From Octopus bimaculoides (taxonomy: Eukaryota), in assembly GCF_001194135.2 (NCBI RefSeq), contig NC_068996.1, forward strand, positions 52,125,445 to 52,189,444: 64,000 nt of DNA, given 5' to 3'. Positions 11,413 through 22,600 of this stretch are shown here, one piece after another; positions within the stretch are counted from its first letter, which is position 1, and the number at the start of each line of letters is the position of its first letter. The notes beneath the pieces are model-generated. The model saw only the letters and a program-made list of their open reading frames with translations, made no database searches and was not told the origin of the DNA. The position numbers were made by a program, and so were the translations under genes.

Positions 11413-12206
11413 GTGGGTTCATCCTATATACAACACAACTGTACTCCGTGCAGGGGAACTTATGGAAGGGATAGGTACTACAGATCTGTAGTACCTATCC
11501 TTTTGATAAGTCCCTCTGTACGGAGTACAATTGTGTTGTATGTAGGATGAACCCACGGGTTGGCTGTAAGGTTGGGAATGTAGTGTATAGCTTACGTTGT
11601 ACTGAGTGACGGTGCAGAAACATGACAACTACGTACATTGCAGGGACTGCACGCAGCATAGGAGAGCGTATAGGTGCACATTGGCGAGAGCTCAAAGAAG
11701 AGAAAAGCTCATCAGTGCTCTACCAACATGCTCAGGCAGAACATGGAGGCTCAATTAATAGCATAGAGGTTAATGTATTATCGACGCATAGAAGTGACAC
11801 GACACTCAGACAGATTTCAGAGGCTACACACATAGCAGTAGACAGACCGAGCCTCAGTAGAAAACACGAATGGAACAATAATACCCACCACCACACCACA
11901 TCACATGACTAAAGACAGATGGAAAGAAAAGAGAGAGAGATAAAAATCGTAAATAAAACACAGATACATACAGAGTAATACACATAATAGGCATATATGC
12001 ACTTACCCGTGATACATATAAGAAATAGAGATAGATAGGCGCAGGAGTGGCTGTGTGGTAAGTAGTTTGCTTACCAACCACATGGTTCCGGGTTCAATTC
12101 CACTGCGTGGCACCTTGGGCAAGTGTCTTCTACTATAGCCTCGGGTCGACCAAAGCATTATGAGTGGATTTGGTAGACGGAAACTGAAGGAAGCCCGTCA
12201 TATATA

Positions 12207-12264
<58 letters not shown>

Positions 12265-12480
12265 NNNNNNNNNNNNNNNNNNNNNNNNNNNNNNNNNNNN
12301 NNNNATAGATAGGCGCAGGAGTGGCTGTGTGGTAAGTAGTTTGCTTACCAACCACATGGTTCCGGGTTCAATTCCACTGCGTGGCACCTTGGGCAAGTGT
12401 CTTCTACTATAGCCTCGGGTCGACCAAAGCATTATGAGTGGATTTGGTAGACGGAAACTGAAGGAAGCCCGTCATATATA

Positions 12481-12541
<61 letters not shown>

Positions 12542-13240
12542 CTGTGTTTGTCCCCCACCCTCGCTTGACAACCGATGCTGGTGTGTTTACGTCCCCGTAA
12601 CTTAGCGGTTCGGCAAAAAGAGACCGATAGAATAAGTATTAGGCTTCCAAAGAATAAGTCCTGGGGTCGATTTGCTCGACTAAAGGCGGTGCTCCAGCAT
12701 GGCTACAGTCAAATGACTGAAACAAGTAAAAGAGTAAAAAAGAGAGATATAAAATATATAAATAAATAAATCTATATAAAAGGCATGGGCACAAACAACA
12801 TACGAAGCGAACCCATACACACAAGAAATTTCACGGACGGCCACAGCAATATCAACGACACGAATAACAACGACAGCAGCAGCGGCGTTGACAGCGATGG
12901 CAATGACAACAACAACTACCATGATGGCAACACCATGGGCGAACACACAAACACAGGAACTGTACCAAATTTTCGGGTCTTAGGACTACAACAGCACAAT
13001 GGGGCTGAGGGGAAGGCCATACTGCTGCTAAGAACAATGACACATACGCAAGCATACACACACACACATACACACGCACACACACAAACACGGATGCAAA
13101 CGCATGCGCACTTAAGGATACACATCTTAGAAGAACATAATTTTAGTAAAAGGAGCAAGAGCACACACAAAAGCGAAGAGTGTCACTGAAGAGGTCATAG
13201 ATGTGTGACGAAAGATTTCCAGATAATGGACATGAGTTAG
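11413..13240 (+). mobile_element. 5'-truncated Penelope-like element: CCHH linker + GIY-YIG endonuclease and long 3' UTR, interrupted by a SINE
   Basis: Frame from 11484: PFDKSLCTEYNCVVCR..GCKVGNVVYSLRC.E*RC..TYIAGTARSIGERIGAH...VLYQHAQAEH...LRQISEATHI. This is the VVY-x-C..YI G.T.R..ER..H GIY-YIG signature, with one in-frame stop. Confidence 0.85.
12038..12750 (+). mobile_element. tRNA-derived SINE (aggcgcagg family); head duplicated across a gap
   Basis: A/B-box-like head (gtggctgtgtggtaag, ggttcaattcc), internal (TA/TG)n, aaaagagt tail. agagata on both sides suggests a TSD. Confidence 0.9.
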
Positions 13241-13487
13241 AATTTTTTTTTAAAGAAGAACAGTAATGAATGAGTGAAGAACAAATATATAGTGCGTGTG
13301 TTTATTTGGTACATCATGAAAACAAAAATTAAAAAATTGAATTTTTTTATTTTTGTTTTCATGATGTACCAAATTTTTTACGAAAATTAACGAACAATCC
13401 AGCTGTTCTAATATGACAATTATGCTGCTAAAAGTGAAAGATTGCCGTATTCTAGATCTTATGCGGCACAAAATATCTGAAATTTCA

Positions 13488-13852
13488 CTTGCTTACCAAC
13501 CACATGGTTCCGGGTTCAGTCCCACTGCGTGGCACTTTGGCCAAGTGTCTTCTACTATAGCCTCGGGCCGACCAAAGCCTTGTGAGTGGATTTGTTAGAC
13601 GGAAACTGAAAGAAGCCCGTCGTATATATGTATATATATATATGTATGTGTGTTTGTGTGTTTGTATTTGTCCCCCCACCATCGCTTGACAACCGATGCT
13701 GGTGTGTTTACGTCCCCGTAACTTAGCGATTCGGCAAAAAGAGACCGATAGAATAAGTACTAGGCTTACAAAGAATAAGTCCCGGGGTCGATTTGCTCGA
13801 CTAAAGACGGTGCTCCAGCATGGCCGCAGTCAAATGACTGAAACAAGTAAAA
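13488..13852 (+). mobile_element. SINE (aggcgcagg family), 5'-truncated
   Basis: High identity to the other copies in the window. Confidence 0.9.
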
Positions 13853-14160
13853 GATATATATATATATATATATATGAGTGTATGTGCGTGCGTGCGCGCG
13901 TGCGCGCGTGCGCGCGTGTCTGTGTGTGTGTATTATTGATAATGATAAGAACAGATTTTTCATATCCATAATTTTATTTAACAGTTATTTACAGCATCCT
14001 TTTCTGAACCATATACATGTGTGCGTGTGTGTGTGTGGCTGTGTGTAAAGTTTGCTGATCAACCACGCTATCAACCGGGCCGACCAAAGCCTTGTAAATA
14101 GATTTGGTAGACCGAAACAGAAAGAAGCCTGTCATGTGTATCTATGTGTGTGCGTCTGTC

Positions 14161-14205
<45 letters not shown>

Positions 14206-14878
14206 GTATATGCGTGTGTATCTTTGTGCATGTGTTGGTTCTCCACTTCGTCCACCGCTTGGCTTGTTTATAGGTTAATATACAGTTTAAGATCCGGTCA
14301 CAAAAAAAAAAAACAAAAAAACACCAGCCTACTAGGTGTAAAAATATGTGTTGTAAACGAATAAGAAAACAAAAATTTGCGGAAACGAACGGGGTAGGGG
14401 TCGGGAGAGGACTTTCGGAAAATTCGCAAGATCCGATTTTCCTCTCATAACTGTAAGGAAAATGGATACACATTTATGAAATTTTATAGAAATACCGTTC
14501 AAATGGCACAAATCATGATTATAAATAAATTTCTGGGGAAAATGTTTTCCGAAGGGGTAGGAAGAGGACTTCGGAAAATTCATACGATCCGATTTTTTCC
14601 CTCATAACTTTCAGGAAAATGGATACTTTTTAATGAAATTTTACAGAAACGCAATACTTCTTCCATGCATATTTATAATTCATTAAGGAATATAAATCGA
14701 TTTTTAGTACTTGACGGCAAGATTCGAAGTCCGTACTTGGAAGAACGTAACTACCGTATTTTAGCTTGTATAAGGAACCCTCGTATAAAGAACCCCCCTA
14801 ATTTTGGGGGGCTTAAAATTTGGAAAAAAAAAGTTTTGTAAGGGATTATAATACTATTAAGTAATTATAATAAAGCGG

Positions 14879-15751
14879 TGGGGCACAATGAGTAAGTTTT
14901 AGAGCATTTTTTACTTTGAGAAAAATTATTTTTTATAAATGTTCACTACCTTACAAAAACTACATCAGCTAATGTGAATGACCTTTCTTAAAAGCATTAA
15001 AAACGCTATAACATACTCAGAACATTATTTCTGAAAATTATCACCGTTCTCTTTGAGCATACAAAAGACAAATTTAGATGGGGCAAAATGAGTAAGACAA
15101 GACAAAATAATTTGTATCTTCAGTTCTCCAGAATTACATCTGAATAAAGACCCATATACATCCTTAGACATCAGAAAGATCAGAATTGCAACAATTTATA
15201 ATATCTAGGTTAAATAAAGAAGATCATGGAAAAATGACACTTGATATGAAATTAATAAACCTCGACTAAATCTAAAAACTCGACCTAAAATATTCTCAGT
15301 AGCTGTTTCACAATCTGCCGAAGAGGCTCTCTTCGTTATATATTTACATACTTACTATGCAGTGAAAGAGAAAAAACAATTGAAATTAGTCGTTACTCAT
15401 TTTGCCCCAGTTTAGACATTTGGTGGTGGGGGGTGTGTGTGAAAATTATCATATTAGATATTAGTATGGGAGAAAAATTGACTTAGAATCCAGCAGAGGA
15501 AAGAATATTGATTGTTAAACGCCAAAATTATCCAGATATTTTATTAGAAACCTCAATTACAATCAGGTCAAAAGTGAGGAAAAATTTCTTGAAAAAAAAA
15601 AGTACTTGTTACTTGTTTCAAATTTTCCCAACTTAAACAAGAACAACTATGCCGACAAAGTTTTACTCACAAAGGTGATGCAATACTTGCAGTGTAATGG
15701 TTTCCAACAAAAAAAAGTAATGAAAAATCAGAAATTACTCATTTTGCCCCA
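14879..15751. mobile_element. MITE-like element with a repeated terminal motif tggggcaaaatgagtaa (2 forward, 2 reverse)
   Basis: Motif at 14879 and 15079 forward; 15393-15409 and 15735-15751 reverse. Confidence 0.6.
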
Positions 15752-16335
15752 TTTATAAATGTTGTCCCCACCCGTCCACCTCGATAAAATTCATTTCGAC
15801 GATTTGTACTTTGCTGCCTCATTCACTAGAGAATACTGTTGATTCCTTTCTGGTTATGCGATAACCATTAGATTCACCACCAATGTGAAAAAAACTGAAG
15901 TTTCAGTTCCGCTACCCAAAAGAGGTGCCTTGCACTCGCGGTCCAACATCAAAAACGTCGCACTAAAAGCTTCAATTAACTTGGAAGTGTTATGACCGAT
16001 GATAGCACGGTGGACAGATGCATTGATAGCCGTCTGTCCTAAACTAGTAATCCCATTAGTCACTTCTGTAGGTGTGTTTGAAAGAATTATCAGAACTCGA
16101 CTTAAATCCAAGTCTTATAAGGCTTACGGCTCTGGCCACACTTTTGTTCGGAATTGTCGGCATGTATGTCAGCTCGACATTCGTATTTTATTTTTCTGGT
16201 TTCTCTTGAAATAAAAACTTTACAACTCTCACATACATACAGAACTTTGTTCAATAATGTCCATAAAGAACTGTCAAAATGTAGAACACTTCAACCACAT
16301 GCATTATCGCATACAACACGTAGTCGACACTAGTA

Positions 16336-16368
16336 CTTAGCGACTGTTAAATAACGTTGCTAAGACGC
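16336..16368. promoter_or_regulatory. Inverted pair of RFX X-box-like half-sites (cttagcgac ... gttgctaag) at the putative promoter
   Basis: 16336-16344 is the near reverse complement of 16356-16364. It lies about 100 nt upstream of a gtaagt donor at 16462, a possible 5' UTR exon end. This gene family is cilia/flagella-associated and RFX controls such genes. Inference. Confidence 0.45.
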
Positions 16369-16727
16369 TTTATCAAAATCAACAATGAAATAAAATTAAT
16401 TTAGTTTTTGTCAAATAAAAAGAAGAAAAAAAGACGTGTAAAAACAGGTTTCTTGATTTATGTAAGTTATTGTTCAATTTAATCTCTGTAGCATCCATAT
16501 AGGTTATAACGTTGGAATATTCGTTTCATGTGCTGCAAGACAGAAGTTAGGTAACTTCAAGTTAACTTCTAATCAACCAAGGTTACCAATACAAGTGGCA
16601 GTGTTAGTGGTGGTGGTGGTCATAGCTAAAAAAAAGACTTCACGATTGTTATTATTGTCATTCTTGTTTCTAACTGTTGTCAACATTTTCAAATACTTTA
16701 TTATTTCTCATTGTAGAGAAAGATAAA

Positions 16728-17042
16728 ATGTTACCTATACTGAATTGGGAAAAAGTTCGTTCCAACTCTGCCAACGAAAGACGTCAATCAGATTCTACAC
16801 TTCATAGTACTCTAAGATTAGCAAGAGATCTAGATGTCAATGTTTATAAAGATCTTATTAAATCAAAACCAAACCCAAGGCCACATACTGCATCCGTCGA
16901 TCAGAAATGGCATATGGTTAAAATGGTTAAATCAGATGTTCAGCTTGCCAATGCTACCTGGCGACGTGTGACAGTTAAATTCATCAATGACATGATACCA
17001 CCAGACAATTTACTATACCCGGGTCACTTAGCAAAGGAAAAG
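16728..17042 (+). CDS. First coding exon (MLPILNWEK...PGHLAKEK); acceptor at 16716, ATG at 16728
   Basis: cattgtag acceptor, 105 open codons, AAG/gtaaaa phase-0 donor. The N-terminal sequence is not conserved enough to confirm by homology. Confidence 0.7.
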
Positions 17043-19572
17043 GTAAAACTTTAAAATACTATTTTTTATTTATCAAGTTAATACTGTTGTTTCTTTAATT
17101 TCATTTTAAAATTTTGTTGCCTCTTTTTCTTTTTCTATGTCAAACTCTGAAACTCAGTTGTGATTCCAATTGGAACTGATGATGTTTTCTGGATATATAT
17201 GCATACCATAATTGTTCATCTAACTTTTGCCTAAACGAAGTTCAGGTTTCACGTCTCTGTACGAAATTATCCTAGTTTTATCAACCAACCTATTTTCTAG
17301 CTCTTAGTCTTCCTATGATTACCACCACGATGATAATGATTGCATGTTAACAATGACGATATATTTATAGAATGGTGCCACTGCTCCATTGTAAAATTGT
17401 ATTATTGCTCCGCTGGGCACTCTAAGAATGGTATCAGAGTATTGGTTTGAGATAGTTGCAAGAATTGGTTGACTACTGAGCGAAGGAAATTATTAAGAGA
17501 ATACTATCGTAAGTTTAGAATACAATATTACTTTATTTATTTATTTTTTTTATTCATTAGTAGATGAAAGAAGTTTCAACTATGACCTTTTCATGTTTTC
17601 CTAGATTAGTGAAATCGATGTTCATATTTATTTTGAACATCTGTATGCTAACACTTGCAGGGAAAACAGGCAATGGAAAGGTGGGGTTCTATGGAGTTGT
17701 ATTCGGGTGAAGAATGATTGGAAACGATGTTTAGTGTAGGAATTGGGGAGACGGGAGTGTAGGAGTGGTTCGAAGAGGAGCGAAGAATGTATTAGATAGT
17801 CTTTGACGAAGTGGGTATGTTGTAGATCTACAGGAGACAGGAAACAGCACGTTTGATTGTTTGTGACTTAGTGAATATTTGCTAATCAGTTGGAAGGGTT
17901 TTCTTTTAGATATAACCAACAGAGATTTTGTGTGCGTGGAGAGAGAGAGAGAGAAAGAAAGAGAGCAGTGTCACGCATATGTCAACAGTGCTCTAAAAGT
18001 TTTGTAACTGATAAGGACAAAAGTATTTTCCAGCTCATTAGAGGAAACCCAGTCTTTCTCAGATATAGTTTCGGCTTATGCTATTATATGTCACCGTGAG
18101 AGAGCTTTTTGACCGACCTTACCGACCTTGTTGAGGAAGCCTCTACGTCGTCTTTTGAACTGTCAGAAATAGCAGCTAAACCTCCCTGAAATCACTCCCG
18201 CCTACTTTCGAAAAAAGAAAGGACAAGTTAAATAATTTAATATTAAAAACGTGATGTTCACAGCTGAAGTACCTTTGAAAATAGGTTTCTTCTATTGGAA
18301 TTGACCTGGATTAGGCAACAGCTAAATTTTAAAATAAAATTTGTTCATACTTGTTAAATTAAACTAATAAGTGGGGTCTGCTCCCACCAGAATGATTGAA
18401 CAGAAGCTGTACGTAGTTTCCAAGATATTTTGAGTAGTGACAAAACTGATGGCTCATTAGGTGAACTTATCAGTTATGGTGGCAAGAGCGTGAAATAATT
18501 TATTGTCTAAAGTTTGTAGAGGATAGATTTTGATATAGCGATGCTAATATACAGTGTGTCCACAAGGGTACATGGAGTAAATAAAATCATAACATAAACA
18601 ATTAAACATAAGAAATAATAATTTCTTAAAGTATGTGTTAATCCTCATGTACCCAGACTGTGTGGACACCCTGTATATTTTTTGCGTCTTATAATATTAG
18701 GATAAATTTAGTGTAAGGTTGTTGACAGAAACTTCCTAAAAAATTGACTATAAATGTGAAAGTGTCATGATGGAATGTTTGGATATGGACTAAAAAGGTG
18801 GAAAATATTAGCAGAGAAAGAGTTAAACGTGACAGTAAGCTGAAGATAAAAAGGCATTTAAATGAAATGCATCTTGTGCTATTGTGTGGAAAATGGCTAT
18901 TTAGAGATATTTATTAATGGAAATAAAAGTGAAATATGTGTAGGCAACAGTAAATTCATAGTAAATTTTAGCTAGAGTAGAGATAGGTTATAATATTAGT
19001 GAATGGTAACTAGCGCAGAAGTAAATAATAGTGGTAATAACTTATATGCAGTTTATATACTTTTTACTCATTGACATACAACTTTCCAGTCAGGGTGGGC
19101 CAAGAGTGATGCACAAAATAAGTTTAATACACTCTGGAATTGTCAAAGACATGCATCAATTTCTCTAAAATTAAATGAAATAAAATAAGGATGAATACAC
19201 ATTTCCCTATACATGATGAACAAAACGAATCATAATAATAACTATAAATAAAATATCAAATGTTTTGGTGCGTGACTTTTGGTCCGCCCTCCTTTTATTG
19301 CCTAAAATTTTTTTTCACAAATTGAACTTGCTACTTTATAACAACTGCATGATTCTAATGTAATGAATTTTTTGTATACAGTACTCAGGTGCAATTTTAC
19401 ACCTTGAAATTTCTGTGTACTCCTGTTTGCAATCTATCTTAGATGTTATTTTCTTTTAATTATTTTGCATGATTCATTAAATTTAATCTTATAATCCGGT
19501 TTGAGGCGTTTACTCTGTAAAATTATTGACAGACTACATGTTTATATCCATATGCTTCTATATGAACTTGGA

Positions 19573-19605
<33 letters not shown>

Positions 19606-22600
19606 GGGAGAAAACAACAGACGAAGACAGGTGGTGTAAACAACAAATGGATGTATTAGTTTAACGCTTGGGAATAGAGAAAGTCTTTGACGTTTTGAGC
19701 TACGCTCTTCAACTGAAAGGAACACAGAAAGAAATAAGGAGAGAAACAAGGAGAAGAAAAATATAAATGTAGTGGTCAGCGATCTATCATGGCGAAAATG
19801 ATATATATCATCAATGTTTTAACGTCCACTTTTCCATGTTTGCATGGGTCAGCTGAAGTTTTATTGAGGCAGATTTTTTTTGTATTCTTAAATAACAATA
19901 TGACTCTTAAACAACATTTCCTCTATATAACTGTTCATAAGAACAGACTGATATTGGAGGTTGTCCATATCAAAAAATTTCTTAAGCAAAACAATTTAAC
20001 TGTATTTTCTTGTTTCTTGAATGCCAAACAAACACTCTAACTGGATATCTTCTGGTTTAGCACCTGAAAAAAAAAGAAAATTTTCAAATTGGGACACATG
20101 GTTGCACAAACATGTCACAAAAAATTCATGTTCCTTTAAAGGTGTCCTTACTGTGACAATCTAATCCAGTCTTTTTTTTTAAAGCATTTGTACTTTAACC
20201 ATTCTGTCATTTTTTTTATTATGCTAAAATTTTCCTCATGTCACACACTACCATTTTTTGTTTTGTTAAGAAATAAGAACATTACATTGGATAATTTAGT
20301 CTGAGATATACTGACTGAAAAAGTTTAAAAAATGGAATGGTCATGGGTAGAATGCCTTTGGTTATAGATCTGCTGGATCAGAGCTGATCAATAATAATAA
20401 CAATAATAATGACTAGAAATAAATTTGTACTGGGAGTTAGTAGTGTTGCTAAAAATGGTGGCTGTAGGAGGTGTAGTCATAAAGTATCCAACTTAGATTT
20501 TTTTTTACACAAAATAATAATGTGTGAGCAAAATCTGCATGGGTATTTTTGTGTCTGTAGGTTGTGCCATTCGTCCACAGTGACGTGTTCAGTACAGATA
20601 TAAAGAGTGGGCTGTGCGATTTTTCTTTTTGAATCAAGATGACCGAGCGCATGGAGCAAAGATACTGTATCAAATTCTGCCAAAAACTTGGTAAAATGCA
20701 AGCCCAGACTATCAAGAAGATTCAGAAGGCCTTTGGAGATGATGCTATGGGAAAGTGGAAGTGCAATGGCCCAGTGGTTAGGGCAGCAGACTCACGGTTG
20801 TAGGATTGCGGTTTCGATACCCAAACCTGGCATTGTGAGTGTTTATTGAGCGAAAACACCTAAAGCTCCTCGAGGCTCCGGCAGGGGATGGTGGCAAACC
20901 CTGCTGTACTTTTTTTACCACAACTTTCTCTCACTCTTTCTTCCTGTTTCTGTTGTGCCTGTAATTCAAAGGGGTCAGCCTTGTCACACTCTGTGTCACG
21001 CTGAATCTCCCCGAGAACTACGTTAAGGGTACACGTGTCTGTGGAGTGCTCAGCCACTTGCACGTTAACTTCACGAGCAGGCTGTTCCGTTGATTGGACC
21101 AACTGGAACCCTCGACGTCGTAAGCGACGGAGTGCCAACCAACTATGGGAAAAACACAAATAAGGGACTGGTTCAAAGATGGCCTCACCTCAGTGGACAG
21201 TGAGCCATGTTGTGGCAGACCATCGACTAGCAGAAATGACAAAATAATTGCAAAGGTTTGAGGAATAGTCTATGAAGACTGTCATGTGACTATTGAGGAG
21301 ATTATTGCCTAAGTTGGAATCAGCCATGGGTCAGTTCATTCCACCCATGTTGTCCAACATTCCTCATCAAGCAAAACACATCACTTGTTTGTCAGGCTTG
21401 CTGCTCCCCAGACTTGGCTCTGTGTGACTTTTGGCTATTCTCAAAGCTCAAAAAGACACTCAAAGGGAGAAGATTTGAATCAACAAAGGACGTTAAGCAA
21501 AATCTGACAGCACAGCTCTACAGCATCCGAAAAAGTGATTTCCAGAAATGTTTCTAGCAGTGGCAGGAATGCTGGCAGAAGAGTGTAGACTCCCAAGGGG
21601 AATACTTTGGAGGAGACTAAATCAAAATGGTGAGTTTTTTAATATTACTTTTTGTTTAGCCAAAGGTCGGATACTTTTTGATTACACCTTGTATTTCTCA
21701 TTAATGCAAATTTTGTTGTTGAAATCTTCAGAAATATTAAAAAACAAACATTAAGTAAGACCTGAAAAATGAATAGGATGTCTTTTATCACTGGTTCCCT
21801 GGACCGAGGCTGACCAGGACAAAACAACAACTAATGGTGCCTTTAAATTACATTCAAAAACAACTTAGTGGATCGTTTTTTTTTTTTCTTTCATTCTTTC
21901 TTTCTTTTTTTTCTTTTTTTTTTTTTCCAATATTTTCCATCATTTTATAGTTTTCCAGTTTCTGAAACACCTGCAATTCACATTTTTAAAAATTTCTTTC
22001 CAGAAACCGGCTTTTAAAATGTATTCTCATCTCCCCACACCACTTCATAATATCTTTGGAATAGCTGCCATGATTAAAATCACACACACACACACACGCA
22101 CACATACACACNNNNNNNNNNNNNNNNNNNNNNNNNNNNNNNNNNNNNNNNNNNNNNNNNNNNNNNNNNNNNNNNNNNNNNNNNNNNNNNNNNNNNNNNN
22201 NNNNNNNNNNNNNNNNNNNNNNNNNNNNNNNNNNNNNNNNNNNNNNNNNNNNNNNNNNNNNNNNNNNNNNNNNNNNNNNNNNNNNNNNNNNNNNNNNNNN
22301 NNNNNNNNNNNNNNNNNNNNNNNNNNNNNNNNNNNNNNNNNNNNNNNNNNNNNNNNNNNNNNNNNNNNNNNNNNNNNNNNNNNNNNNNNNNNNNNNNNNN
22401 NNNNNNNNNNNNNNNNNNNNNNNNNNNNNNNNNNNNNNNNNNNNNNNNNNNNNNNNNNNNNNNNNNNNNNNNNNNNNNNNNNNNNNNNNNNNNNNNNNNN
22501 NNNNNNNNNNNNNNNNNNNNNNNNNNNNNNNNNNNNNNNNNNNNNNNNNNNNNNNNNNNNNNNNNNNNNNNNNNNNNNNNNNNNNNNNNNNNNGGAAATG

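Noticed and set aside
12047-12120. SINE heads (also 20755, 50430-50500, 57250-57322) as tRNA genes
   Set aside because: They have A/B boxes but no complete cloverleaf and continue into SINE bodies.
12038-12530. Tandem duplication of a SINE head; similar near-identical duplications at 27410-27580, 42074-42182 and 48350-48420
   Set aside because: Identical sequence on both sides of short N-gaps is typical of scaffolding artefacts.
14395-14650. About 90-bp direct repeats, and similar pairs at 45530-45700 and 46211-46643, as CRISPR-like arrays
   Set aside because: Only two units each, diverged, with no spacers or cas genes, in a eukaryotic context. They are ordinary repeat-internal duplications.
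17890-18099. ORF containing SKSFVTDKDKS as the missing first EF-hand exon
   Set aside because: The similarity stops after a few residues, there is no suitable donor, and a better candidate ends at 22608.
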